Virus record (IMG/VR): IMGVR_UViG_3300008448_000012
Span: 50,471 to 114,470 of that record
From: a virus
Strand: one strand, 5' to 3'
DNA: 64,000 bases
Shown here in pieces: positions 10,279 to 20,871 of the stretch. Numbering within the stretch: position 1 is the stretch's first letter; each line of letters opens with the position of its first letter. Below the pieces are notes generated by a model, which saw nothing but the letters and a program-made list of their open reading frames with translations, made no database searches and had not been told where the DNA came from. A program made the position numbers and the translations under genes.

Positions 10279-13200
10279 ATGGCATGTATAAATCCAAATA
10301 GTGCAGAATTTAAAGCTGCTCTTGAGAAAGTAGGTGGTAATCCATTATTGGCTGAGATTAATCTTTCTAAGCAACAGGAACTTTCTGTAAAGATTGAAAA
10401 TGAAATGGGTGAATCCTATTGGAAAAATCTTTATACAGGCAATAGACTATCTAATAGAGAAGATTTCGTATCAGTTGCTATACCTGGAATCCCTAATAAA
10501 TTCAAGCCTGACTACTATAATGTATATCATGGAACAAATGTATACAATATAAGTGATGATGGAAGTTTAGTATTGACTCCTTCTAAAAACTTTGATGACA
10601 AAACTACATCAATATCTTTAACTCAGATTCCTGTAGTTGCTCAAGATTACATGCTTAGAAAAGATGGGAATGTGATTATTAAAATAAAGAATGGAGCATT
10701 AGGAGATAATTATGATGTAGAATCTGCAGAAGAGATAGCTATCAATGGAAACAAACCTTTAGTTGTTCCAAAAGGACAATATGAAATAATAACAGTCCCT
10801 ACGCTAAAAGAGAAGATGCGTCAAAAGTATAGTGCGGAGGTTGATGATGTAGCTGAAGAAATGATGTCAGAAGCTAGTTCTGATATAGAGCTTCTTGATT
10901 CAATTTATTCTAACAGAATAGAGGCAGCAAATTATTCTGAATTGCAAGAGTTTGAAAGAGGTTCAGAAAATGATACTACTCCTGATTGGTATGTTCCTGA
11001 TGAATATATTGCATCTAGAGCTGCTGAAAAAGTTTTTAATAAGATTAAAAATAAAATAGATAAGTCATTTATTGTCAACGGGTTATCTGAAAAGATATTA
11101 GACACCATTAGAAAAATTGGAAATAAAGTTGATGTAAATGAAATGTATTTGTCAAATATTTCCACTTATGGATCAAGAAATTCTCCTCATGGAGGTGACT
11201 TGTTTGATTTCCTAGTTCGTGAAATAAATGCTACAAAGAGTGAGAAAGAGTCTATAATAAAAGAAATAAAAGATATTGTAGACAACAATCAACAAGCAGC
11301 TATTGACTTTTACAACTCTCCAGAACAAGTTCAGAAAAGAAAAGAAGAAGCTAGATTGTATGAAGAAAATTTAAAAAAGTTTAAAGAACTATCAAATGAT
11401 AAGGATTTAGACTTTCTTCCATTTCAATTAATAGGAACAGAAACATCTAAAGCTTCTCCTAAAACAATAAGATTGGTGAAAGACCTTCTTAAAAGAATAG
11501 GGGTTAATTATCAATCAGTTAGCTCTATAAGAGTGAATGGATTAGAGATTGGAGCAAATGGTGTTGCTGATATTACACAGAAGCTTGTACAAATTGTACA
11601 GGGTAAGGAAGATGTTGCTCTTACAGAGGAAGCAATGCACTTTGTTGTTGAACTTTTGGAACAAAAAGACCCTGCTTTGTTCAACAAACTTCTTGGTGAA
11701 ATAAATGGTTACAACATGTACAAAAGTGTTGTAGCTGAGTATGGATCTCTTAAAGAATATCAAACAGCTGATGGTAAACCAGATATCAGAAAGCTTAAGA
11801 AAGAAGCTATTGCAAAAGTACTCACTGAGGTTGTTATCAAGAAGAATGAAGGATATACAGAAAAGCCTGAACTTCTGGCTAAGTCTGAATCTTGGTGGGA
11901 TAGAATAGTTAATGCAATTAGAGGAATATTCTCAAAATCAGGATTTGATCAAGCAGCAATGCAAGTGCTATCTGGAGAGTTCGAAGGAACTGTAGATGAA
12001 CTTAGAGGTGATGGTGGAGTGTATCTACAAGAGTCTAAATCAGTACAGCAAAAGATTATTGACAATTTAAAAGATATACAGTCAAGGATAAAGAAACCTA
12101 CAACAGATGGTGGAAAATATACCATTGATGGTAAAGAGATTAAGAATAGGGTGAGTGATTTGTCCAAGACTTGGTATGAGAATAGGTTTGCTGATAAAGA
12201 TCTTGTAAAGTCTGAATTTGCTCAAGCTGTAGATGATCTTAAGAAAGAAAAAGGAACAGCAGGACATGCTGACTTTGAACAAATGATGAAGAATCATTTC
12301 CTTGATGCTGATGGTAAGTTCATAAAGAATGAAGCAGATAGACCTTCTGATGCTAATTATGTTTCTCAAATCAATCCTTATGATAGAGAAATGTATGATA
12401 CTCTTAAAGCAAACATGGAGCAACGTTTAGCATCATTTCCTGATGGCACAGTGTTTCTTGCAGAAACAACAATATATGATCCTAAGCGTGATCTTGCAGG
12501 TACCATTGACTTCATAGCTGTAGAACCTTCAGGCAAGACACATATCCTTGACTGGAAGTTCATGGATATTAATATTGATAAAACAGAAGATGTTCCTTGG
12601 TATAAGGTTGGAGCTTGGAAAACTCAAATGAAAAACTATAAGCTTATTCTAAAGAATGCTTATGGTGTTCAGTTTGATGGAACTGAGCAAACAACAATGA
12701 TTCCTATCAGAGCTGAATACAGTAAAGGTGATTCCAAGAAAAAGATTAAGCCTCAATTGCTTAAAATATATATTGGAAATGTCAATGTTAAAGATGAAGA
12801 AAGAGCCTATCTACTTCCTGTAGGTCTTGAAGAACAGAAAACTGGTGATAAGAGAATTGATAAACTCATTGAGCAGCTTAACAATATCTATGAAACCATT
12901 TCTTCAAGAAAAGCTACTCCTGATCAAAAAGGAGTAAAAGCTGAACAACTTAATGAGTTATATAAAGCAATCAGACAATTGCAAGTTAGACAAAACTTTA
13001 AACCCCTAGTTCATCAGGCAAAGGTGCTTAACAAAGAGATTAGAAGCATAATCAAAGATTATAATGAGAACTGGAAGTCTAAAGATCTCAGTACAATAAG
13101 TAGGGCTGAGAAGAATGACTTTGCAAATAAGATTCTTACATATGAAAAGTCTCTCACTGTATATACAACTCTCTACAAGAATCTAAGAGGTTTGTTTGGG

Positions 13201-16029
13201 GATACACTTACAGAAGAAGATAAAAAACTTAGGGATGATATACGTGATGTAACTGATACAGCAAATGAATTGGAAACAGAGTTGGATGAAGTGCGTGATG
13301 ATTTTGCTGAAAACATTATAGCCAAGGGTGAAAATGTTCTTGAATTCTTGAGACCAGAAAAAATCATCAAAGGATTTAGCAAATGGTTTGGATCCACATC
13401 TACATTGCAACTTAAGAGTACAGAGGTGTTGTATAAGATGGCTAACAGAGCATTTGGTTTTGCTGCTCAGGATACAGTTACACAAGGTAACATTCTGCTG
13501 GGAATAAAAGAGAAGTATGACAAGTGGGCTGCTGGAAAAGGATTAAACAATAAAAACTACTTTGATATCCTTAAGAAGAAGGATAAGAATGAACTTATTG
13601 ATGAATTTGATCCTGAGTTCTACAAAGAGTTGAAAAGTAAAATACATGATAAGGATCGTCAGTGGGTTAAAGATAATGTTGATGTAGATGCCTATCGTAA
13701 GTTCCTGGAAGAACAAAAACAAAAGGATTACGAAACTATAGAAAAGAAAACAAGATTTGGTAATGATAGGGATATAGCAAATGAAATCACCTTTGAAAAA
13801 GGAAAGGTAGATCAGTTGCTTGACATATCAACTCCTGATTCTCCTGGATGGCTTTTGTATGATTATGCTAAGAAGTTTCCAAAAAGAGAGAAGTGGGAAT
13901 CCAAAGAATGGAAAATTCTTAATAGTAAAGGAAATGAACCTGCTCTTGAATTCTACAACTATATCAAGAAAAGAAATGAAGAATTTGAAAAGATAGGGTA
14001 TATAAATGGTAGGCAAGCAAGAACCTTCCTTCCTTTTGTAAGAAAAAGTTTGATGGAAAAGATTGTGATGGGTGGCAAACTTGCTGTAGGAGAAGGTTTG
14101 TTGAGAGCTATCACTGTGAGTGAAGGGGATGTTGGATATGGACAGATTGATCCTATTACAAAACAACCAGTATATAACATTCCAAAGTATTTCACTAGAG
14201 ATACAAAAGAAGAAGTGAGTGGTGATCTGTTTAGAAACATGACACTTCTTAATGAGATGGCTATTCGTTATGAATATCTTAATGAGATTGAAGATCAACT
14301 TAACTTGATAATAGCAACAGAATCCAACAAAGATGCAATTAAAACTTCCTATTTTGGTAAAACTGTTTACAGACCTGATGGTGAAATAGAAACAACCTCT
14401 GACAACACTGAGAATACAAAGCTTGTCAGAGATATGATGGAAGCTATTGTATATGGACATAAGTTTATCGAGAGTGAAAACTTTGACCAGCTTCTTGGAG
14501 GACTTGGTAATCTTGGTAAAAGGGTTAATGAGAAGTTAGGAATTAATATATTTCCAGAAAAATATACAAATAGTCAGATATCTTTGAATAAGTCTATATC
14601 TTGGTTGAATAATACATTTCAATTAAAAGCATTAGGACTTAACCCAATATCTGCACTTTCCAACTTCCTTGGAGGCTCCTTCCAGAGTTACATTAATGCT
14701 GGAACATATTTTACAAAGAGTGAGTTTGCAAAAAATGAATTCCTGATAGCAGGAAGAATGAAAGGTGCAGATGCTAAGAAGTATCTAGGAGCATTAGAAT
14801 ACTTCTTACCATTGACAGAAAACTACAATCAAATTCTTGCTAAGAAGCTGTCTCTCAGTAAGTTAAGTCAAGAAGGTGTACAAGATTTCCTTATGAGTTT
14901 GATGAGAAACTCTGATCAGTATGTACAAACTGTAAACTTCTTCAGCTTCTTGGATAATACGATTGTTGAGGATGGTAAACTTGTTAATGCAAGAGAGTTT
15001 CTCAGAGCTACAGATGAGTATTCAAACATATATAATGTATCTGGTGCTGAAAGAAAAGCACTTGATGCAAAGTTTGAAGAAGATGTAAAGAAGCTTGTTG
15101 AAGAAAAAGGAGTGATGAAACTCGCAGAGGTTAAAGGAGATGAGTTGATTATTCCTGGAATTGAAAGAAAATCTGATACTGTTATAAATCTTCGTAGGAA
15201 GGTGCAGGCAGTAACAAAAGATGCTTTGGGTAATCTGTCTGAAGATGATTTGAGAACAATCAATCTTAACATATATGGAAAATCTTTCATGGTGTTCAAG
15301 AACTGGATTCCTCGTTTGGTTGATGTTCGTCTTGGTAATCTGAAATACAACTCAGCTACAGAAGCTTATGAGTGGGGTAGAACTAGGATGATGTGGAGAG
15401 TGTTATCTGAAGAAGGAGTGCTTAAATCAATTTCCAATCTGACCAGTGCTGTTATGGGAAATGATGAAAGGTGGGTGGAACAAATGAAAACCCTCTATGA
15501 AAAAAAGAAGACTGATTATAAGAAAGATACAGGAAAAGAATTAAAAATGACTGAAGCTGAGTTTCTAGATCTTGTTAACAAGAACATTAGAAACCAGGCA
15601 ACAGACTTATTGTTCTATTTGTCTCTTACAGGATTGTTCCTTCTTGCAAAAGCCCTTCCTCCAGATGATGAGGATAAAGCTACCCAAAACAGATATAAAT
15701 ATATGGTGAGGGTTCTTGATAAGGTAAAAGATGAGATTGGATTCTTTTATGATCCAACATCTATGATTGGCTTAACAGCATCTGGACTATTCCCAGCTGT
15801 AGGATATTTGGACAACTTCAAAAAACTATTCTTGAATTTCAGTAATGAAATGTATGGTATGGCTATAGGAGATGAAGAAAGAGTTGAGAAAAACCAGGTG
15901 CTTAAATACGGACTCAAAGGATTTCCTGTTACATCCCAGTTTGATGCTATTTTCTTAATGTTTTTCCCTGATTTGGCAAAAGAGCTTGGTATGAAAGCCC
16001 AATCTCAAGCTAGACCTTTTGGTAAATAA
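10279..16029 (+). CDS. Large ejected virion protein: ART-like N-terminus, degenerate zincin, PD-(D/E)xK nuclease domain, C-terminal hydrophobic segment
   Basis: 1916 aa directly after the RNAP gene. Motifs VYHGT...SISLTQ...EEI, TEEAMHF and AGTIDFIAVEPSGKTHILDWKF; hydrophobic LLFYLSLTGLFLLA near the C-terminus. Confidence 0.75.
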   Translation: MACINPNSAEFKAALEKVGGNPLLAEINLSKQQELSVKIENEMGESYWKNLYTGNRLSNREDFVSVAIPGIPNKFKPDYYNVYHGTNVYNISDDGSLVLTPSKNFDDKTTSISLTQIPVVAQDYMLRKDGNVIIKIKNGALGDNYDVESAEEIAINGNKPLVVPKGQYEIITVPTLKEKMRQKYSAEVDDVAEEMMSEASSDIELLDSIYSNRIEAANYSELQEFERGSENDTTPDWYVPDEYIASRAAEKVFNKIKNKIDKSFIVNGLSEKILDTIRKIGNKVDVNEMYLSNISTYGSRNSPHGGDLFDFLVREINATKSEKESIIKEIKDIVDNNQQAAIDFYNSPEQVQKRKEEARLYEENLKKFKELSNDKDLDFLPFQLIGTETSKASPKTIRLVKDLLKRIGVNYQSVSSIRVNGLEIGANGVADITQKLVQIVQGKEDVALTEEAMHFVVELLEQKDPALFNKLLGEINGYNMYKSVVAEYGSLKEYQTADGKPDIRKLKKEAIAKVLTEVVIKKNEGYTEKPELLAKSESWWDRIVNAIRGIFSKSGFDQAAMQVLSGEFEGTVDELRGDGGVYLQESKSVQQKIIDNLKDIQSRIKKPTTDGGKYTIDGKEIKNRVSDLSKTWYENRFADKDLVKSEFAQAVDDLKKEKGTAGHADFEQMMKNHFLDADGKFIKNEADRPSDANYVSQINPYDREMYDTLKANMEQRLASFPDGTVFLAETTIYDPKRDLAGTIDFIAVEPSGKTHILDWKFMDINIDKTEDVPWYKVGAWKTQMKNYKLILKNAYGVQFDGTEQTTMIPIRAEYSKGDSKKKIKPQLLKIYIGNVNVKDEERAYLLPVGLEEQKTGDKRIDKLIEQLNNIYETISSRKATPDQKGVKAEQLNELYKAIRQLQVRQNFKPLVHQAKVLNKEIRSIIKDYNENWKSKDLSTISRAEKNDFANKILTYEKSLTVYTTLYKNLRGLFGDTLTEEDKKLRDDIRDVTDTANELETELDEVRDDFAENIIAKGENVLEFLRPEKIIKGFSKWFGSTSTLQLKSTEVLYKMANRAFGFAAQDTVTQGNILLGIKEKYDKWAAGKGLNNKNYFDILKKKDKNELIDEFDPEFYKELKSKIHDKDRQWVKDNVDVDAYRKFLEEQKQKDYETIEKKTRFGNDRDIANEITFEKGKVDQLLDISTPDSPGWLLYDYAKKFPKREKWESKEWKILNSKGNEPALEFYNYIKKRNEEFEKIGYINGRQARTFLPFVRKSLMEKIVMGGKLAVGEGLLRAITVSEGDVGYGQIDPITKQPVYNIPKYFTRDTKEEVSGDLFRNMTLLNEMAIRYEYLNEIEDQLNLIIATESNKDAIKTSYFGKTVYRPDGEIETTSDNTENTKLVRDMMEAIVYGHKFIESENFDQLLGGLGNLGKRVNEKLGINIFPEKYTNSQISLNKSISWLNNTFQLKALGLNPISALSNFLGGSFQSYINAGTYFTKSEFAKNEFLIAGRMKGADAKKYLGALEYFLPLTENYNQILAKKLSLSKLSQEGVQDFLMSLMRNSDQYVQTVNFFSFLDNTIVEDGKLVNAREFLRATDEYSNIYNVSGAERKALDAKFEEDVKKLVEEKGVMKLAEVKGDELIIPGIERKSDTVINLRRKVQAVTKDALGNLSEDDLRTINLNIYGKSFMVFKNWIPRLVDVRLGNLKYNSATEAYEWGRTRMMWRVLSEEGVLKSISNLTSAVMGNDERWVEQMKTLYEKKKTDYKKDTGKELKMTEAEFLDLVNKNIRNQATDLLFYLSLTGLFLLAKALPPDDEDKATQNRYKYMVRVLDKVKDEIGFFYDPTSMIGLTASGLFPAVGYLDNFKKLFLNFSNEMYGMAIGDEERVEKNQVLKYGLKGFPVTSQFDAIFLMFFPDLAKELGMKAQSQARPFGK

Positions 16030-16076
16030 TCAAATGTCATATAGCTATATTATGCCAAATAACTTTCTGTAGGTCA

Positions 16077-16117
16077 TTGTATATGGGGGAGATTGAGTTA
16101 CTTTTGCTCAATCCCCC
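16077..16117 (+). promoter_or_regulatory. Bacteroidota-type promoter embedded in a hairpin
   Basis: TTG(16077)-N19-TACTTTTG(16099-16106). The -7 box lies in the loop of the GGGGAGATTGAG/CTCAATCCCC stem. Confidence 0.65.
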
Positions 16118-16150
16118 AAACTATATTTCAATCATTTATATATAATTGCA

Positions 16151-19100
16151 ATGAACATAACTTGTTCTGCTAAAGCCTGTCCTGTACTATTAAGTGCTGC
16201 CTGCGTGTTCTACGAAGGAGTTAATCTCCCATATACGGGAATTAACATGAATGATAATTTACAGGTGGCTCTTGAGAAGATTGATACAAAGTTCAACAGC
16301 TTAATTGATGTTAATATATATGTATCTAATGGTACAGTAACCAGCAATAGAACTGTCACTCTCAATGGTAAGACACTCAGTTTTGTTGGTTCTTCCTACA
16401 CAACAATATTTCAGCCTGCAGGAACATTGCAGCTTGGATCATTGGCTGGTGCTGGAAACAGAATGGTGATTGCTGATACAAATGGTTTGCTAAGCACACA
16501 GGCAATTCCCCTTGGAACTGTTACATCTGTAGACATGTCTGTTCCTACAGGATTTGCAATAAGTGGTAATCCTGTTACAACATCAGGAACTCTTGCTCTT
16601 GCATTTGCTTCAGGATATTCTTTGCCTACAAACTCAAGTCAATCAAATTGGGATACAGCATATAACTGGGTGAGCAATTTCCCAGCACTTGTAGCTGGAC
16701 AATATCTGACAAATAATGGCACCAGTCTTTCATGGTCAGCAATAGATCTCTCTGGATATGTTCCATATATAGGAGCTACACAAGATGTTGACCTTGGAAC
16801 ACACAAACTCACTGCTGATGCAATTGCATTTAGCCTTACACCAACAAACTCTCCAGGTGCAGGACAGATTGCATATTATGGTGGAACAGGCGCACTTGCC
16901 TATTTGATGGACAATACAACTGTGATGTGCCAAATAGGACAGCAGTTGTATGCTTATGTAACAAATGATGACACTGTAACAATCCAAAAAGGACAACCTG
17001 TATATCTGTATTCAGCAACAGGAAACAGAGCTTCTGTAAAGCTTGCTGCAAATACAGGTGATGCTACATCAGCCAAAACACTTGGACTTGCTGCTCAAGA
17101 TATTACATCTGGACAGAAAGGCTTCATCATGTGTCAGGGTGTTCTTGACGGTTTGAATACTGGGATGTATAATTCTGGTGACACTCTCTATCTTGGACCA
17201 ACAGCTGGTTCCTTGACAGCCACAAAACCATATGCTCCAAACCACCTTGTTTACATAGGTGTTGTAGAAAGAGCAAACAATGGTAATGGACAAATATATG
17301 TACGTCCTCAGAACGGATATGAGCTTGATGAGATACATGACGTAGACCTCATCAGCACTCCTCCTGTTAATAACGACATTCTTACATACATTACAGGAAC
17401 AAACAATCTATGGAAACCAAGGAGTATTGCAACCATTCTTGGCTACACTCCTGCAAATGCAGCAACAACTCTTACAATCAATGGTACAACCTATGACATT
17501 TCTGCAAACAGAACTTGGAGTGTAGGAACTGTAACATCTATTGCCACATCTGGTCCTATAACAGGAGGAACAATTACCACCTCAGGTACAATTGGTATTA
17601 CACAAGCCACAACATCAACAGATGGTTATTTGTCTTCCACAGATTGGAATACATTCAACAATAAATACAATCTCCCTGCTCTTACATCAGGTAGTGTTCT
17701 GTTTAGCAATGGTACAACAATAGCTCAGAATAATGCCAACTTCTTTTGGGATAATGTAAATGGGAGATTAGGATTGGGAACTTCAAGCCCAAGTGCTGCT
17801 GGAGCGAGATTGACTATATCATATAGTGATAATAGTTATAATCAAGGTTTTGTTATACAAAATACAAACACAGGGACTACTGCAATTACGGGTATGCTTC
17901 TACAAGCACAAAGCACTTTAGTAGCAGCTTTTGCTTATTATCCAAGCAATTACAATATAGCAGGACTACAAAATACTGCGGTATTTTCATCAGTAACATC
18001 TCAAAAATTAGGATTTCAGGCTAATGCAGCAGGTAACAATGGAGTGCCTCAAGATATTTGGTTCAGTACTTATGGTACAAATACTACTTACCAAATGCAA
18101 ATAAAAGCAAATGGTAATGTACAAATAAATACTAATACCGATGCAGGATATAGATTAGATGTCAACGGTACAACAAGACTTCAGGGTAATACAACAATTA
18201 GTACAGGAAACCTTACCGTTACATCAAACGGCACCAATACTTTTGGTTATTACACATTAGTAGGTACAAGTAATAATCTCACTTTAAACGGTGGTCATCT
18301 TGGAACTACGTTTAAGAGCAGGGATCCAAATATGGATAGCCAGTACAATAGTGCTCTTTTTTCTATTGGTGCTACTAACTTTAATGGAACATCAGGTATT
18401 CCTCAAATCCTTAATGTTAATGCAACTGTAAACAGTACAGGAACAGCAGGATATACAGGTTTACAAGTATCTATTACAGATACAGGGACTGGTACTGGTG
18501 CTAAAAATCTAATGAAGCTTTCTCTTGGTGGTGTTGATAGATTTTCTGTATCTAATACAGGTGTACTCACTTCAACAGCAGCTGTGACAGCATCTGCAGC
18601 ATTGGCAAGAGGTGTTATCTTTAATCCAACATTAACAGCTGCTGCTAACAATGATGTATTGGTTGGGCTTGACATAGCTCCTACATTTACTAACGGTGCT
18701 TTCACTGGTGTTAGTAACTGGGCATTGAGAATTCAAGGAGGTAATATATCACTAGGAACATCTACATCAAACCCCACTATAAATCTTGCAGCTTCTAATA
18801 ACGCAAGTGCCACACAATTTGTAATTAACAACTCTGCTTATGGTGGAACCTTAGTGACATTTAGAAACCCTGCTGACAGTAGATATTTTAGAATAAGTGG
18901 AATAAACTTTGACTTATATACAAGTGGAAATATTTATCCTACTAATGTTATAGCTGGATCGATTTCATTTGGTAGTAGCTATGGTACAATTATTTATGGA
19001 TTTAACAACTCATACTTAAACCTAGGTGGAGATACTGTTGTTCTTGCATCTAGGGATAACACAGCAGCAAGTATCTCACTACTTGCAGGTAATGGAGACA

Positions 19101-19759
19101 TCAACTTTCAACAGAGACCATCAGGTGTTACAACACTTAGAGCTAAATTTGCAATTTCTACAGGTAACTTCATGATTCAAAATGGAGGTACATTTACAGA
19201 TAGTGGTGAGAGATTGCAAGTTATTGGAGATGCTAAGTTCACAGGAACAATGTATCAAAACAGTGCAAGTGATGCTTTGTACAATTTCCAGAATGGTGGA
19301 GCAAACAAATGGAGGATTGGTAATGCATTTGTTGCAGGAGCAAACTATTTCCAGTTGTATGACAGTGTAAGCAGTCTTGAGAGAATCAGATGGAACAATA
19401 ATAGTACAGCTACATTTACAAGTGATTTCACATTTGTGGGTGGTTCAAATGCTGTAGCTACATTCCAAGCAGCTCAGCCTGATGTAAAGATACAAGCTAC
19501 AGGAGGATCAAATGCTGTATCCCTATCCTTCGCTCCTTCTGACGGATTTGAAGGTGTTGTTCAGAATAATGTAACAAATGGTTTCATACAAGTGAAGACA
19601 GCCTCTACAATTAGGGTGACATTTAAAAATGGAGGACAAGTGAACTTCCAACCTCTTGCTGCTGATCCAGCTGGTGCAGGTGCAGGAGATGTATATTATA
19701 ATTCAGGAACAAATAAGCTTCGTCTTTATGACGGAACTTCTTGGGTAGACTTAAATTAA
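16151..19759 (+). CDS. Long tail fibre / receptor-binding protein
   Basis: Gly/Thr/Asn-rich. Cys-rich N-terminal adaptor; fibre blocks GTVTSV, GYLSSTDWNTFNNK, FFWDN..RLGLGT and RLDVNG; C-terminal GDVYYNSGTNKLRLYDGTSW. Confidence 0.85.
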   Translation: MNITCSAKACPVLLSAACVFYEGVNLPYTGINMNDNLQVALEKIDTKFNSLIDVNIYVSNGTVTSNRTVTLNGKTLSFVGSSYTTIFQPAGTLQLGSLAGAGNRMVIADTNGLLSTQAIPLGTVTSVDMSVPTGFAISGNPVTTSGTLALAFASGYSLPTNSSQSNWDTAYNWVSNFPALVAGQYLTNNGTSLSWSAIDLSGYVPYIGATQDVDLGTHKLTADAIAFSLTPTNSPGAGQIAYYGGTGALAYLMDNTTVMCQIGQQLYAYVTNDDTVTIQKGQPVYLYSATGNRASVKLAANTGDATSAKTLGLAAQDITSGQKGFIMCQGVLDGLNTGMYNSGDTLYLGPTAGSLTATKPYAPNHLVYIGVVERANNGNGQIYVRPQNGYELDEIHDVDLISTPPVNNDILTYITGTNNLWKPRSIATILGYTPANAATTLTINGTTYDISANRTWSVGTVTSIATSGPITGGTITTSGTIGITQATTSTDGYLSSTDWNTFNNKYNLPALTSGSVLFSNGTTIAQNNANFFWDNVNGRLGLGTSSPSAAGARLTISYSDNSYNQGFVIQNTNTGTTAITGMLLQAQSTLVAAFAYYPSNYNIAGLQNTAVFSSVTSQKLGFQANAAGNNGVPQDIWFSTYGTNTTYQMQIKANGNVQINTNTDAGYRLDVNGTTRLQGNTTISTGNLTVTSNGTNTFGYYTLVGTSNNLTLNGGHLGTTFKSRDPNMDSQYNSALFSIGATNFNGTSGIPQILNVNATVNSTGTAGYTGLQVSITDTGTGTGAKNLMKLSLGGVDRFSVSNTGVLTSTAAVTASAALARGVIFNPTLTAAANNDVLVGLDIAPTFTNGAFTGVSNWALRIQGGNISLGTSTSNPTINLAASNNASATQFVINNSAYGGTLVTFRNPADSRYFRISGINFDLYTSGNIYPTNVIAGSISFGSSYGTIIYGFNNSYLNLGGDTVVLASRDNTAASISLLAGNGDINFQQRPSGVTTLRAKFAISTGNFMIQNGGTFTDSGERLQVIGDAKFTGTMYQNSASDALYNFQNGGANKWRIGNAFVAGANYFQLYDSVSSLERIRWNNNSTATFTSDFTFVGGSNAVATFQAAQPDVKIQATGGSNAVSLSFAPSDGFEGVVQNNVTNGFIQVKTASTIRVTFKNGGQVNFQPLAADPAGAGAGDVYYNSGTNKLRLYDGTSWVDLN

Positions 19760-19790
19760 TTCTTATTTTTGATAACTAAAACAATAAACA

Positions 19791-20042
19791 ATGGCACAAA
19801 TTCAACCGATCGTGTACCCTCTCATTGGTACAGCAACCACCCTCGAGGTGACAGTTCTTTCATTTGCTACATCTGCAACTACAGCAGGAACCTACAATCG
19901 TCTTTTGACAGATGATGGTAAAGAGTGTGTTCCAGCATGGAACTATTACATGACCGAAGAGCAGTTTGCTGCTTGGGGACAAGACAATTCTGTTGTAGAT
20001 GATTATGTAGCAGCAGACAAAGGGTTGGTGATTATCCCATAA
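19791..20042 (+). CDS. Putative tail-fibre assembly chaperone
   Basis: 83 aa immediately downstream of the fibre gene, with MAQIQP...WGQDNSVV..YVA pattern. Confidence 0.55.
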   Translation: MAQIQPIVYPLIGTATTLEVTVLSFATSATTAGTYNRLLTDDGKECVPAWNYYMTEEQFAAWGQDNSVVDDYVAADKGLVIIP

Positions 20043-20048
20043 AATAAA

Positions 20049-20080
20049 TTTGGATAATTAATTTAATTACCTTAGTTTTG
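20049..20080 (+). promoter_or_regulatory. Bacteroidota sigma70-type promoter
   Basis: TTTG-N20-TAGTTTTG upstream of ORF 20100. Confidence 0.75.
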
Positions 20081-20099
20081 CCAAAAATAATCAACTCTT

Positions 20100-20480
20100 A
20101 TGACGTATAAAGATTTGAACCTCCTGGTTAGGAATATCCAAGCTAGTGTGGGAAATCAAGAAACCAAAGTTCAAAAGAAACTCTTCAAGATTTTTGAAAA
20201 AGTTAAGAAGCATTTGGAAGATTACAACGAGCAAGTTAATGAGCTTAGGCTTGATAACGCTTCTGTAGATGAGAAAGGAATTATTCTCATGGACGATAAG
20301 GGTGCTTATAAGTACACCAAGGAAGCTGCAAAACTTCTAACTAAACAAATTACTGATCTTGACAACAAGGAGTTTCCTTTTGAAAAGATTAATGTTGTAA
20401 ATCCTCAGGGTCTCGAAGACTTCATATTCCTCCAAGATTGGGTGGTAGGAGTGGAGTTCGAGGCTGATGAAGAACTCTAA
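20100..20480 (+). CDS. Hypothetical protein (possible fibre chaperone, DUF1617-like)
   Basis: 126 aa helical acidic/basic protein with its own promoter and terminator. Confidence 0.5.
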   Translation: MTYKDLNLLVRNIQASVGNQETKVQKKLFKIFEKVKKHLEDYNEQVNELRLDNASVDEKGIILMDDKGAYKYTKEAAKLLTKQITDLDNKEFPFEKINVVNPQGLEDFIFLQDWVVGVEFEADEEL

Positions 20481-20501
20481 CTAATTAATTATCAACTAAA
20501 T

Positions 20502-20549
20502 ATATTCTCCCTTTTCCTGTTAAAAGCAGGAACTGGGAGAATATTTTTT
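20502..20549 (+). terminator. Intrinsic terminator
   Basis: TATTCTCCC..TTCCTG / CAGGAA..GGGAGAATA stem followed by a T-run. Confidence 0.6.
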
Positions 20550-20565
20550 AAAGGAAGACAATGTA

Positions 20566-20871
20566 ATGGAACAGGAATTTAAATCTGAGCTAACGCAAAT
20601 GGAACACAGACTCACAGAGATGGAGGAGAAAATTGACGTTATTGACAAAAAGCTCAACCAAGTGGTTGAAGCTATTCTTGGCAATTCACTAACTAAAAGT
20701 GGTGGGTTCATCCATGACATTGATGTTCTTAAAGAGAAAATGTTTCTCTTAGAGAAGAAGATTGAAAAGCAGGAAGAGTTCAGGAAGAGGATATCATGGA
20801 CAATTGGCATTATTGCAGCTGCTGCCATGGTTATACAATATCTTGTTAACCTTTATACTAGTGTAAAATGA
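20566..20871 (+). CDS. Coiled-coil protein with C-terminal TM helix (lysis cassette, XhlA/holin-associated type)
   Basis: Heptad pattern followed by ISWTIGIIAAAAMVIQYLV; first gene of the lysis cluster. Confidence 0.55.
   Translation: MEQEFKSELTQMEHRLTEMEEKIDVIDKKLNQVVEAILGNSLTKSGGFIHDIDVLKEKMFLLEKKIEKQEEFRKRISWTIGIIAAAAMVIQYLVNLYTSVK

Noticed and set aside
137-15350. Numerous 60-210 aa antisense or alternate-frame ORFs in the track (also + strand ORFs within 35-63 kb)
   Set aside because: They are shadows of the long genuine genes and have no recognisable motifs or start context.
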